NCBI GenBank assembly: GCA_051362555.1
Contig: CM120642.1
Location: 5,518,001 to 5,582,000 of the forward strand
Source of the DNA: Lingula anatina
Taxonomy: Eukaryota; Animalia; Brachiopoda
Reading direction: 5' to 3'
Length of the DNA stretch: 64,000 nucleotides
Shown here: one piece after another, positions 24,033 through 36,827 of the stretch
How positions within the stretch are numbered: the stretch's first letter is position 1
Layout: every line of letters begins with the position of its first letter
Translations under genes and position numbers: made by a program
Notes under the pieces: model-generated
What the model saw: only the letters and a program-made list of their open reading frames with translations
Databases searched by the model: none
Told to the model about the DNA's origin: nothing

Positions 24033-26682
24033 ATTTGGTCACTGATTACTCAGTTACATTTTCAATAACGTCAGGTATTTTTTGTTTCATATCATATCTA
24101 CTAATTTACACTTACTAAAAACTAAAAAATATTCTTTCCTTCTGGATTTTTTCACCAAAGGTTGTCATATGAAATGTAAATTCTTTACAAGTGTTCTTGT
24201 CTTATTTCAATGCAGCTGAGACTTAAAAAACCTTGACAAAGCTTTAAGTAGTGTGTGTATATTTATGTGTGTGTGTGACACAGTATACATTAATGACACA
24301 TGACTCTGTTGCTGTGTACACCCAAAATTATGTCATTTGAGGTGTATTCAATCATTTTTGTCCTTGAAAAGTGCTTGAATTTGATCTTACATAGTTTCTA
24401 ACCTGGATGCATGAAGACAGTAATTCACAGGAAGGGAGATAACCCTTTTTGGACATCATTTAATTTCTATTTTTTTAATGTTCCATCACCAGTGTGTAAA
24501 AAAAAAATGTTAATGATATATTTCTTGTTTTTTTCTTTGTTATAGACACTTATGAGTGACTTTACATTGCCCTCATTTGCATTTAAAGAGTCTGTGAAAA
24601 GCAATTGAATTAAAGTCTCAAAATTCTTATAAAATCCTTGAATTTGTCCTTAGAATTCCTGTATGAATCTTGACTTTGCACACTTTAATCATAGAAAGTT
24701 ATACAAACATCCATGATCACTCATAAAAAAATGAAATATAAAGTGAAAGGTGGTAATTATCCCCAAAACCAACTTGTTTTATGACTACTAATTATAAGCC
24801 ACAGCTGAAATACATTTCAAAGCATAATTATAAGATGTTTTTTATTTGTTTACTCAAATTGAATAATTCAGTTACCTGAAAATAGAATGAAATTCACTGT
24901 ACAGTTCATGCAATTTTAGTTTTAGCCATAACAATTGTGATAAGAAATGCAAATTAATTCTTTATCCAAAACAAACCCCAAAATAATTCCTTATAAGCAA
25001 TATATATGAGGGAAAGAGACACAATGGGCATCATAAAAGATAAATGTTCCAGTATGTTCTTTTTCTTTTTAATGATAAGCATTTAAACTTAAGAGTTATT
25101 ATTATTGTTATTATTATGATTATTAATTTTTTACATTAATTATTATTGTGACAAGACTGAAATGTTTTATTTCATGAGGAAAATTGAAGTTTAATAATGA
25201 AATACAGTGATTCCTTGGTCAAAACGATTTAATCAAGGTGTATTCTGGTTTTATTTTGCCTAGGACTGCAGCAAGTACACGGTACTAAATAAATGCAGGG
25301 AATTTATTTTGCAATATGGAATCAATTTCAAAATGAAACAGTAGCAAGAAAACAGCTACAATTGTCATTATCATGTACAATCTTTTACTAACCCACACAT
25401 TACTACTAAGTCTTTTGGGGTATTTAAAACAGTTTTAAATCATCTATCATCTATTTATTCAATGATGATTACCTTAGTATTTGAACTGGATCTCCTTCAT
25501 TTAAACGGATAAACCGAGCCTTTTAAATTAGTTAAAATACTGTTTAAATATCTAAAATCATTCGAAAGTAGATGATAAGTCAGTATAATCATCACTGAAT
25601 GTTGCTAATTCATTATTATTTACAAAACCTTCAAAATAAAATTAATGAAACTAATGCATATTTTAAATGCAGTCATCAGCTGATCGAGGTCACCATGACG
25701 TGCCGAAAAGGGGGTCAACATTTGCAACTTTTTATACACACGTTTCTATTCCTTTGGCAGCCTCTCGATACTTTTTGATACATAGTGTGCAGCATATCAT
25801 TTTAAAGCATTTGAAACGGACTTCTTAGTGATGTGCAGGACATGTAATGTTTACATCAAATGTATTGAAAAGGACCAAAAGAAATTGGGTCAAAGAATTG
25901 CCGATAAAAATGGCGATTTTTAGATACACCTTCACGACAAAATCTCACAGACTTTTTGTAAATAATATAATGACAGCAAACATTATACATCAGTTGAAAG
26001 CCAATTTTCTCCCGAACAAAACCACACCTATTAAACTTGGTGTTTTGGTATAATTTTAATTTATTCACTGACTAAACATGTATCTTCATCCTAAAAAAGT
26101 CGGAAGATTCAAAATCTGAAATTCAGGCGCGGCTCAATTTATTAATTTTGAGTAACAACTTAAGTGCTTTATATCGCCAAAAAGCTTATTAACTTGGCTT
26201 TCTCACAACACTAATAGTAATTTCACGTTCTTTAAAAAATGTAAGTTTTCGTTTAAATTTAAAAATTCGGACACCCTGCCAAACTTCCATGTTGCCATTA
26301 CGCGATCGACAGAAACGTATTATTCTAATCTAAATCGTTAATTTTAGGCAACTAACCTGAAATACCCGAAAGGTTAACCTTTCTCGCTGATAATAATAGA
26401 TCCATGGTTTAATAATTTTACTTGCCGTCAAAAATATCCAACAATAAACACGAGCATAAAATTCCCGCAGACAACACTCTCTCCCCCACTTTTCACCAAA
26501 TGCGCATGCGTACAACTTTTTGTAGCGACTTACAACAGGTCGGAGGCAGTTGTAAATTTACGTGCATATTTACAAGAGTTTGTAACTTACAAACCTTCGA
26601 GAATACCAACTTACGTGAACGATCGGACTTAAGTGAAAAGTTACAAGAATTTGTAAGTTACAACCTTTCGAGAATACGGCCC
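21925..26682. mobile_element. Harbinger-like non-autonomous element B (same family as A)
   Basis: GGGCCGTATTCTC TIRs and a body colinear with element A. The flanks are CAG / CTG, which is not a matching TSD. Confidence 0.8.
22146..23133. mobile_element. MITE with TTA TSD (Harbinger-like) nested in element B
   Basis: TIR GGCCACACTTTTTTA..TTTATGGATGACATCCT with TTA on both sides. The empty site CGCTTATCTAG is present in element A (~7157). Confidence 0.85.
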
Positions 26683-26689
26683 CTGAATT

Positions 26690-26795
26690 TCATGGACCAA
26701 ACGTCACTTCCGGAAAGTTGCGTGAAAAGTTACAAGAATTCATGAATTCTTGTTACTTTTCACGCAACTTTCCGGAAGTGACGTTTGGTCCATGA
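26690..26795. repeat. 106-bp spacerless palindrome (one mismatch)
   Basis: 53-bp arms centred on GAATTCA|TGAATTC at 26742/26743. Confidence 0.9.
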
Positions 26796-27196
26796 TTAAC
26801 CCACAACGACGTATTCCACTACCGTCCGTTGCGTCGATAAAACGATTATTTAGACATAAAAGTCTCTAGAAAATATTGAAAATTGTTCAGAAAGACGTTT
26901 CCCTACATTTTCTTTCAGGTTTTCATCGGAAAATTCACTCATTTTAAATGAGTTTCCTTCGACACGTAAGCTCAAGAATCGGATTTGGCTCCTCTTGTGG
27001 GATTCCCTCAGCTGGGATTCCCCAAGTTTGCCGCTAGCGAAAAGCGCTTTAATTCATCAAATTTGCAATGACAACGTTCAAAAGTAAAGTAAAAATCATA
27101 TTGAACACAATAATTGAACACATTGCTTTTCAATTACAAAACACATAATGAATAGATGATTTGAAACGGTACACAAATAATCTTAATCTGGATCAG

Positions 27197-27480
27197 GGGC
27201 CGGTTTCACAAGTCAGTAGTTAGTTAGAACAACTAACTACTGAACTACCTCACTAACGAGCAAACTTAGCGATTTTTGAGGGGTGTTTCACGAAGCAGTC
27301 GTTTACTCATTGCTAAGTTCAGTCGTAAGGTTTGGTCGTTAGTTCTCTCGTTACTCACCGTAGTCTCGAAACCGTCTGACGGAAGTGGAACTCTTGCGTA
27401 AAAGTGTCACGAAAGAATTAACTCTCCAATTTTTGTTGGCTGGAAATGCATAAGAACGTCTGCTTTGAGGTCGTCGTAAA
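27197..27480. mobile_element. Left part of the 5656-6342 Harbinger derivative, interrupted by the EnSpm terminus
   Basis: Near-identical to 5656-5939 and preceded by CAG. The remainder is not found in the window. Confidence 0.85.
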
Positions 27481-28077
27481 CCCAGCAGGCACACAACGTT
27501 GATTCAACGTTGAATCAACGTTGATTCTCAACGTTGAATCAACGTTGAATTTATGTTTGAAAACGGAAGTTTGTGTCAACGTTGAAAAGTCAACGTTGAA
27601 TCAACGTTGAAAAGTCAACGTTGAATCAACGTTGAAAAGTCAACGTTGAATCAACGTTGGCAATTCAACGTTGAACCATGATTGATAGTTCAACGTTGTT
27701 TCAACATTAGAAATCTCAATTAACGTTGATTATATATGTTGATTTAGCATTGATTATATCTTGATTTAACATTAAATAAAAGTTGAGACAAATAGCATTT
27801 TCAATGTCTTTATTTTGTCACTGCATAAAAGGAAAAATGCTGCTAATTTAAGTAGTTAAAATATACATAGTTTACAACATAGCAATAATAAATAAAAAAA
27901 CTAAGAACAACACTTTTTTTTACAAAACAAAGCTGCACATCGAATCTGAACTAACACAAAAATTGTAATTAATTATGCATGTACATGGTGGGGGGGAGAG
28001 ATTTTTGCACACCTTAACCTAAATTATACTATACATTGTCATTTTTAAAGTAAATTATAATTCAAACATATCATTAA

Positions 28078-31000
28078 CTAGAGGATCAGAGAGGCGATAC
28101 CGCCTCCGAATATTGTACCACCAGCTGGAGCAAGCGCATTCGTATAGACCCCCACATACACAAAATAAGGGACACAGCCACCAGTTTTGTGCTTGACAAG
28201 CTGTAAAAATGCAATCAACAAGAATTTTTAAACTATTGCAAAAAATATATATGGTACAATCAAATTTAAGTTCTTCGTAAGGTAGGTCAAGGGTCAATTT
28301 CAAGGTCACAGTAAATTGCCAGTATATGACTTCCTATTCAAGTTCAAGAGTAACTATGGACCTATCTCTGTCAAGTTTGAAGTTAAAAGAGAAAGAAATT
28401 AGCAGAGTTCAGTTCATGATAAAAAGTAGGTCAAAGGTCAATTTCAAGGTCACATTTAGATTGCCAGTATATGACTTTCTATTCAAGTTCAATAGTAACT
28501 ATGGACCTATCTCTGCCAGTTTTGGAGATAAAAGGGAAGCAAAATTTGCAAAGTTCAGTTTATGGTGAAAAGTAGGACAAAGGTCAATTTTAATGTCATA
28601 TTTATAATGCCAGTATATGACTTCCTATTCAAGTTCAATAGTAACTACGGACCTATCTCAGCCAGTTTTGGAGATAAAAGGAAAGCAAAATTTGCAAAAT
28701 TCAGTTTATTGTGTAAAGTAGGTCAAAGGTCAATTTTAAGGTCACATTTAGATTGCCAGTATATGACTTCCTTTTCAAGTTCAATAGTAACTATGGACCT
28801 ATCTCTGCCAGTTTTGGAGATAAAAGGAAAGCAAAATTTGCAAAATTCAGTTCATGGTGAAAAGTAGGTCAAAGGTCAATTTCAAGGTCACATTTAGATT
28901 GCCAGTATATGACTTCCTATTCAAGTTCAATAGTAACTATGGACCTATCTCAGCCAGTTTTGGAGATAAAAGGGAAGCAAAATTTGCAAAATTCAGTTCA
29001 TGGTGAAAAGTAGGTCAAAGGTCAATTTCAAGGTCACATTTAGATTGCCAGTATATGACTTCCTATTCAAGTTCAATAGTAACTATGGACCTATTTCAGC
29101 CAGTTTTGGAGATAAAAGGGAAGCAAAATTTGCAAAATTCAGTTCATGGTGAAAAGTAGGTCAAAGGTCAATTTCAAAGTCACATTTAGATTGCCAGTAT
29201 ATGACTTCCTATTCATGTTCAATAGTAACTATGGACCTATCTCTGCCAGTTTTGGAGATAAAAGGGAAGCAAAATTTGCAAAGTTCAGTTTATGGTGAAA
29301 AGTAGGTCAAAGGTCAATTTTGAGGTCACATTTAGATTGCCAGTATATGACTTCCTATTCAAGTTCAATAGTAACTACGGACCTATCTCAGCCAGTTTTG
29401 GAGATAAAAGGAAAGCAAAATTTGCAAAATTCAGTTCATTGTGTAAAGTAGGTCAAAGGTCAATTTTAAGGTCACATTTAGATTGCCTGTATATGACTTC
29501 CTATTCAAGTTCAATAGTAACTACGAACCTATCTCAGCCAGTTTTGGAGATAAAAGGAAAGCAAAATTTGCAAAATTCAGTTCATGGTGTAAAGTAGGTC
29601 AAAGGTCAATTTTAAGGTCACATTTAGATTGCCAGTATATGACTTCCTATTCAAGTTCAATAGTAACTATAGACCTATCTCTGCCAGTTTTGGAGATAAA
29701 AGGGAAGCAAATTTTGCAAAGTTCAGTTTATGGGGAAAAGTAGGTCAAAGGTCAATTTTAAGGTCACATTTAGATTGCCAGTATATGACTTCCTATTCAA
29801 GTTCAATAGTAACTATGGACCTATCTCTGCCAGTTTTGGAGATAAAAGGGAAGAAAAATTTGCAAAGTTCAGTTCATGGTGAAAAGTAGGTCAAAGGTCA
29901 CTTTCAAGGTCATAGTAAGATTGCCAGTATATGACTTCCTATTCAACTTCAATAGTAACTATGGACCTATCTCTGCCAGTTTTGGAGATAAAAGGGAAGA
30001 AAAATTTGCAAAGTTCAGTTCATGGTGAAAAGTAGGTCAAAGGTCACTTTCAAGGTCATAGTAAGATTGCCAGTATATGACTTCCTATTCAACTTCAATA
30101 GTAACTATGGACCTATCTCTGCCAGTTTTGGAGATATAAGGGACTAAATGTTATAATTTTGGAGCTACCATAATGTGCCTTAAATTTCGTACAGAAAAAA
30201 TTAATTAAAATAAAGAAAATGTCATTTTGGTCAAAATTCTTGAAATAGGAGGTGCTCTGAAGTTTCAGAAGTTCAAATTTGATGAAGTAATGTCATTTTT
30301 GAACACAAGTTGTCTGCTTTGCCAAGCCTTATGTTTTTTTTTCCAGAGTTCAAAATTTATTATCCATTACCGTACTGCACATTTTGCTTTTACCACCAAT
30401 ATGTACTTTTTGATACAGCGTAACTCGAAAACCGTATGGAATACAAAAAAAACGAGACCACTTCCAGTGTTGGGCTTTACATGCTCTACAAAATGCAAAA
30501 AAGAATGGGTCTCTAGCATTAACGGTTCCCGAATTAGAGACAGTTTTCAGTTTCGGTATCTTATGGCCGCTACTCCCGTGAAAATGCACCGATTGACCCC
30601 AAATTCATGGAGATGAAAGATGACCTGAAGGGTAACACCTTCCAATAATATTATTGGTTAAGTCTGTGTGGTGTCTGAATAACAGGGCAAAAAAAATTTT
30701 TTTCGTAAAAAATTTCATTTTTTTGAAAATTTTGGCCCATTTGACCTTGAAGTAAAGGTCAAAGGTCAAATCGAAGGGTATATTTGAAATCTACACATAT
30801 GACTTTTGGAAAGCCGTCTATAGAAATTTTTCCCATAACTCCTTCCGTAGGGTAGATAATTAGCATTTAATTTTGCCATTTTTAGACAAGGGTGCATTGC
30901 AATGAGTGCCACACCCAGACCCCAATACCGACAAAGCCCAAATTTTACGTGGAACGAGTTGAGATTATGGGTGACCTAAATCCATGAGATGGGTACGGGG

Positions 31001-31143
31001 GCCCTTACCGTCTAGGAGGAGAAGCGGTAACGGTAGCCGTCCGGCGGAGCCGGCGGAGCCAACGGAGCCGGCGGAGCCGGCGGAACGATCCGGACAGGAC
31101 CGAAACCATGTGTACCGCCAGCGCTAACGCTGGTGGTACAATA
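28078..31143 (-). mobile_element. Complete Helentron-type non-autonomous element (HINE) with internal satellite
   Basis: subTIRs TATTGTACCACCAGC (28111-28125) and GCTGGTGGTACAATA (31129-31143), a 5' internal inverted repeat (31111-31140), a GGCGGAGCC microsatellite, and a 3' hairpin (28091-28106) then CTAG. Both flanks are TT on the element strand. Confidence 0.85.
28280..30137. repeat. Tandem array of about 12.7 x 146-bp units
   Basis: GCCAGTATATGACTT recurs every 146 bp from ~28318 to ~30069. Most units contain AGGTCAAAGGTCA. Confidence 0.95.
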
Positions 31144-31731
31144 ATCATAATCGCTATAATTCTGTAATAAATAAATCTTGAATAATGAATGAAAAAACAT
31201 TGTTTTTTAGATGACGGAGAGTTCATTATAACAAAATTATAAATAATTAACCATGCAGTAATTAACTGTTTCAATTCAACTTGCATGCTGTCTACAAACT
31301 CTGAAAAAATAATTATGTATGGTACCCCAGCATAAAACCTCATGTCTCATATCAAACCCCATGTCCCTTTCACTACTACAAATTCAAAAAAGGGCTATGG
31401 AAGTTAAATGTCAAGCAACATATCTTGTCAAAACACTGTATACAGTACGTATGACAACAGAACCAAATTGTAGAGTGAGTGAGTTACTGGCTGCGATCGG
31501 AGCAGATTCTTACATCTTGACGCATGTGCAGTTAAGTTAGAGAGATAGAAATGGCTGTCGTGGTTGCTTTGATAAATGTTTGTCGACTTTTGTGCAACAA
31601 GACGTAGAAGATGAGGTGCTTATACACACGACAGATATGAGTGCAATCTGATGAACTCTACAGTTTAGAGATATAACTGTAAGCATTCTAGCAACGTCCT
31701 TCACAAAAATAATAGTTCAACTTCCCAATTG

Positions 31732-34700
31732 CTACTTTCTTCCTCCTCCATCTTTTCTTTCTGGTGCCCATTTTAGATACAATGCTGTCAGAGACTTCCT
31801 TTTCTGTAGATCTATATTTTGACATCATGACATCTGGAAAAAAAAGTGAAGTAGAAATGTAAGCATTTATGTATCGAACGTATGCTGGCAGGTGTGCCTA
31901 TCATAGCTCATTGAGGGATTCTAAGAATGAGGTTAAGATTGGGTGTTAAATTCCAACTAGGGTGCAAAATGTAAGAACTATTTTTTTAGGCTTAGCTGCC
32001 CAAATTGTAGCTGATAGAAAGCTGATAAGTTTATTACAAAAATCAAATCGGGCACAAATTACAGCAGTAAATGTAAAACACAATGCAACATTAATTTAAT
32101 TACCTTTGATCACCCTACAAAAGTTGGTGTGCCCAAAAGGAAATTTATTTTTCTTTCCTGAGAAATTCATCGTAGACATGATTCTGTTTGTCATACACCT
32201 ACAAATAATATTTATAAAATAAAGGATATATTGAATAAAATCAGAAATGTCTTGATTTGATCAAGAAAAGTCCAAAAAATTGGAATAATAACCTGCACTT
32301 ATTTTTAAAATTCTGATAAAAAGGTTTTTACTGCCAAACGAACCAGTATAACGTAGCTATACACATGTGTAGGTTCGACTTTTTAATGTAATTAATTTAC
32401 TAACATGGACAGAAATGTGTCAAGTGTAAAAGTATTAGTTATCATTTCATAAAGGTTTGATCATTTCTTATACCCGAGTTCTAGGTTTCAGATAATGAAA
32501 TGTATTTTACACATTAAACACAGGAAAAAATTAAGTAAATGCATATATATAAGTATTTGTCCTACCTTTGCATGGCCTTCTTAGTGTGATCACACATGTT
32601 AATCCCTCCTATTGCAGCAACTGTGGCTTTCTATCAAATGGAAAAAATAAATGTCATTATCATAAAATAATAACTAGTTTTTGTAATTATATTATTGAAA
32701 CTGTGTGACAAAACTTGCAAATATACAGGCATCAAACAGCAAAACATGCTTTTTTTTGGTAATTTTAGGTACTGATGTTATATATGAAATGCCCACAGTC
32801 ACAAGATGGACAGAGACATACATATGTAACATTGATCCATATTGCATGAACTAATAAAAAAGGGAAAAAATCTTCATATTTGAGTTTTGAAAGAGTAAAT
32901 CTTTTAAATTTTTAGCTACATGTACTTGTTTGAAATAATTGAATCAAATAAAAACCATAAGTACTAGCATGAAGTTCACTGATTATGTTGCCATTTTCTG
33001 CCTAAAATTAACTGAAATGTGATGAACTTTAACTGTTATAAGTATGTACACAAATAAGCATTTGTGAGGCTAATGTTCAAAATAAAAAATGCATCTTCCT
33101 CTCACAGATTTGGCTTGTTGGATCAAATCAGTACAACACAAAGACGGTGGTGATTATTATTAAAGCAAGTGAAGAATGATTCAATTCAGTGAAAGATTTA
33201 AGTAGTTTTCAAGTTGTAGTTATACTGATCCTGATGTTACTCCATATCATTCTCATCATTTTTATCAAGTCCACCTGATCAATGATACATAGCATGGACA
33301 TAATTTGAACAGAAAAGTAGTATACTTACACAAATTTCATATTCTTCTTTGTCCTTCAATGCATTATCAAATTCACTGAAGGAATCCATGGTATCATGTT
33401 GTTGCATTTGCATTGTTCTCATCTCTGTGTTGTTATTAGATTGATTTTTCTTCATTAGATCTCTTATTTCTGCTAATATGTATAATACTCTTCTCTGAAA
33501 ACCTGTGGAAAAAATTTACACTACATATACAAAAAAGACAATTGAGGAATTAACAAATTTGTCCTCATCCTATGTTACAGGGTACAATTAGGCACTGAAA
33601 CTTACATAAAATTTTTCCTTAGGTAAATTGCTATTTTTGCCCTTTCTAGTCATTGCCTGTCTCAAATATTCATTCAAATTCACCCTATTGCAAAGTCTCC
33701 ATAAGTAAGTGTTTAAATTTTGACTTAACAAAATGAAAATTAGTGTCAAAGAAAGAACCTGTGCATTATGTTAAGATTAGTTTCATATTCCCTAATTATT
33801 ATATCAAGTTCTATATATGGCATTAACCTAATTCTAACATTTGAGAATAATAAATGACAACTTCATGTATGCCTTCTGCAAAAAAAAAAAAAAAAAGGTT
33901 CACTCTTGGGGGTTGACATATACAGATTTTGTCATGAAATTGAAAAAAAAAGTACATACGCTCTTCGGACATTGGAAATGTCGATCTCCTTGGTATTGGG
34001 CTACTTCTGCTATGATGACCCCCTCGACTCATACTCATGCTTCTCTGAGCCATGCGGTCACTGCTTCTGCTACGTCTACCAACACGGTCCCTGCTTCTGC
34101 TACGTCTACCAACACGGTCACTGCTTCTGCTACGTCTACCAACACGGTCACTGCTTCTGCTACGTCTACCAACACGGTCACTGCTTCTGCTACGTCTACC
34201 AACACGGTCACTGCTTCTGCTACGTCTACCAACACGGTCACTGCTTCTGCTACGTCTACCAACACGGTCACTGCTTCTGCTACGTCTACCAAACCGGTCA
34301 CTGCTTCTGCTACGTCTACCAACACGGTCACTGCTTCTGCTACGTCTACCAACAGGCACGCTCCTGTCAGGGGGCGTTGGGCTCCTTGGTGGTGGGCTTA
34401 TTGTTCTAGGAGGAACCCTTCTGTCCATGTTAGCTGCCTCTAAAATGCCAATATACATTACGAGGCATCAGTTTTTCTATCTTTTACCTTTGGCAAAAAT
34501 GTTTAAAAGATGGTGCTTCTTAACATTGCATACTGAATTTCTTATTAAGCAATTTCTTATTAGCACTCTTACCGCTACTACTGCCCCCCGTGGTGAATTC
34601 TGATCCAAAGGTTTTTTTCTTGGGGATTCTCTTCCTAAAAACTCCTAAGTCTTCTTCATCAGTATCTTCGGTGCAGGTAATGTTAACTGTCTCGCAATCT

Positions 34701-35341
34701 TTCTTGTTGTCTGTATAATTAAAATATATTATTATCATATCTTTTGTTCCATCTTATGCATGTATCTAACGTAACTTTCTGCTTTGGTCAAGCAATCTTA
34801 TTTATAAAAATGAAAAGTGCAGTATTATTTTACAGTACTGAAAATATTCTGAATTCATAGTCAATGTAGACTAGCTACGGGCATAGGCAGGAGAGAGAAA
34901 TCTGCTCATTAACATGTCCCTTTGCCAATGGATAATTCCAAAACCCTGCATACATGTAGTATACTACCTTTACTAATTAATATTGCCAGGTATGAAATGT
35001 AATAACTCTGCAATTTTCTTAATATTAAAGACGGAGAAAATTTTCAAATGGCACAAACTAGATCTTTTGCAAACATATAAATGATATTGTTTATGAAGCT
35101 AAAGCATTAGTAGTGTGTGAAGATTAAACAGAATTCTGTACTGACCAGATGATTTCTTTACCCGCACGAGAGGGTACTTGATCCAAGTATTTTCAGGTAC
35201 CCATCTTTCTGTAATTGCTCTCATGGCACCAAGGTTAGTAACGTTAGGCGGCCACAGAACCGCATCATCCACCACCCAGTGGGAAGGGATAACCTCCTCT
35301 ACCTCCACATTGTCCTCCTCCCAAATAACTCTACTCCACAT
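31732..35341 (-). pseudogene. EnSpm accessory (DUF4806-like) gene, 7 exons, with a frameshift in the last exon
   Basis: Phase-compatible GT-AG exons 35341-35146, 34710-34573, 34439-33960, 33502-33330, 32630-32566, 32198-32104 and 31833-31732. The N-terminus has EVIPSHWV...LWPP, and the C-terminal YLKWAPERKDGGGRK* is reached only after a frameshift. Confidence 0.75.
34054..34353 (-). repeat. 30-bp coding minisatellite, about 10 copies (RRSRSSDRVG)
   Basis: AACACGGTCACTGCTTCTGCTACGTCTACC repeated within exon 34439-33960. Confidence 0.95.
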
Positions 35342-35383
35342 CTGTAATAAACAGAAAAAGTGTGATCTACTACATGCAGACCA

Positions 35384-36090
35384 TTATTACGTACAGACAC
35401 AGATGTGTCTGTACATATATCCATCATCTGCGTCTGTCGTCGCCGTCGTTGCCGTCGCCGTGCACTTTTACTGATAACACGATAAGTGGAAAACCATTTT
35501 ACCTTTTGACTTGAAACTTGCAGAACTGATGAATATTCATAATACACAGGTCAAGTTCGAAAATCAGCATGATCGTGTCACTTTTAGGGAATTTATGCTG
35601 TTTTTTCACTTTTTTCAGCATATATGCAGCACCGATAACACGATAAGTGGAAAACCATTTTACCTTTTGACTTGAAACTTGCAGAACTGATGAATATTCA
35701 TAATACACAGGTCAAGTTCGAAAATCAGCATGATCGTGTCACTTTTAGGGAATTTATGCTCTTTTTTCACTTTTTTCAGCATATATGCAGCACCGATAAC
35801 ACGATAAGTGGAAAACCATTTTACCTTTTGACTTGAAACTTACAGAACTGATGAATATTCATAATACGCCAGTCAAGTTCGAAAATCAGCATGATTGGGC
35901 CATTTTTAGGGAATTTATGCTGTTTTTTCACTTCTTTCAATATAAATGCAACACTGATAACACAATATAAGAAAAACGGATTGGCCAATTGTCATTATAC
36001 TCACAGGAGTGGTCAATCTTACTAAAACGCAGGTTGAGTTCGAAAATCAGCATAATCGGGACATTATTTTAGAAGTTCTACTGTTTTTTC
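35384..36090 (+). mobile_element. HINE-like element with 161-bp tandem repeats (about 3.6 copies)
   Basis: Starts TTATTACGTACAGACACAGATGTGTCTGTAC (hairpin), then a GTC microsatellite and repeats at ~35471, 35632, 35793 and 35953. The 3' end is not identified. Confidence 0.6.
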
Positions 36091-36827
36091 ACATTTCCTC
36101 AGATTCAATTATTAGGCACGTTAACAGTCTCATTATTGAACTAATAAGATGCGTAGAAGTGTTTGTTTGATATTTCCTGCATCTTTACAACATTGTTAGT
36201 TGATTATGTAAAAAACATGGTAGACTTGTTATCATGTATTGTGTAATAAAGTGTCAAAAATGGAAATAAACTCATATCATTGCAGTTTGTCAGATTCAAT
36301 CATCCACTATGTTCAGAATCTCAGAATGGAGGAAATTGGACATTTAACACTGTTCTATTGAAGAAACCCCTATTTTGGTCACTGCTCCCATGATGACCAT
36401 TTAAGGAAAATCATGTCACTTACTGTTCTCAAATTTACAGGAAAGAAACATGGGACTAACATACAGCTTCAGTAAGCAATGCAGTCTGTTTTGTAAATTT
36501 TTCTGGCAAAAGTGTTTGTTTGATATTTCCTGCATCTTTACAACATTGTTAGTTAATTATGTAAAAGGGACTCGGAGCTCCCATGGACATGAAGCCGTAT
36601 GGTAATCAAATTTTCTACATGTCCATGCTATTTATAGTCAATAATCAAAAATTTGTGATAATTATTCTATAATTTATTATGTAATGTTACATCAAAATTG
36701 ACAATAATCAAAATCTGATGCAGTAAATGTTATAGAAAACTTTTTCTGCATGCTCAATCCACTCGAGATAAAAGAATGAGAGTAGAAGGCGACACTTATT
36801 AGCTTGTAAATTAGCAATAACACACCT

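Noticed and set aside
27494-27730. Short palindromic TCAACGTTGA repeats as CRISPR or operator array
   Set aside because: They are subterminal repeats adjoining an EnSpm-type terminus and have no spacers.
28280-30137. Regular array resembling CRISPR, with several ORFs (28326-29889)
   Set aside because: The units are contiguous 146-bp repeats without unique spacers, there are no cas genes and the context is eukaryotic. The ORFs are repeat by-products.
30227-30616. 129-aa ORF also seen at 211-426
   Set aside because: It lies inside the two HINE copies and has no recognisable motif. Its recurrence reflects element identity.
33841-34603. Plus-strand ORFs (TASATSTNTV mucin-like, CFCYVYQHGH, RSLLLLRLPT)
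   Set aside because: These are alternative frames of the 30-bp minisatellite. Only the minus-strand RS frame fits the splice phases of the accessory gene.
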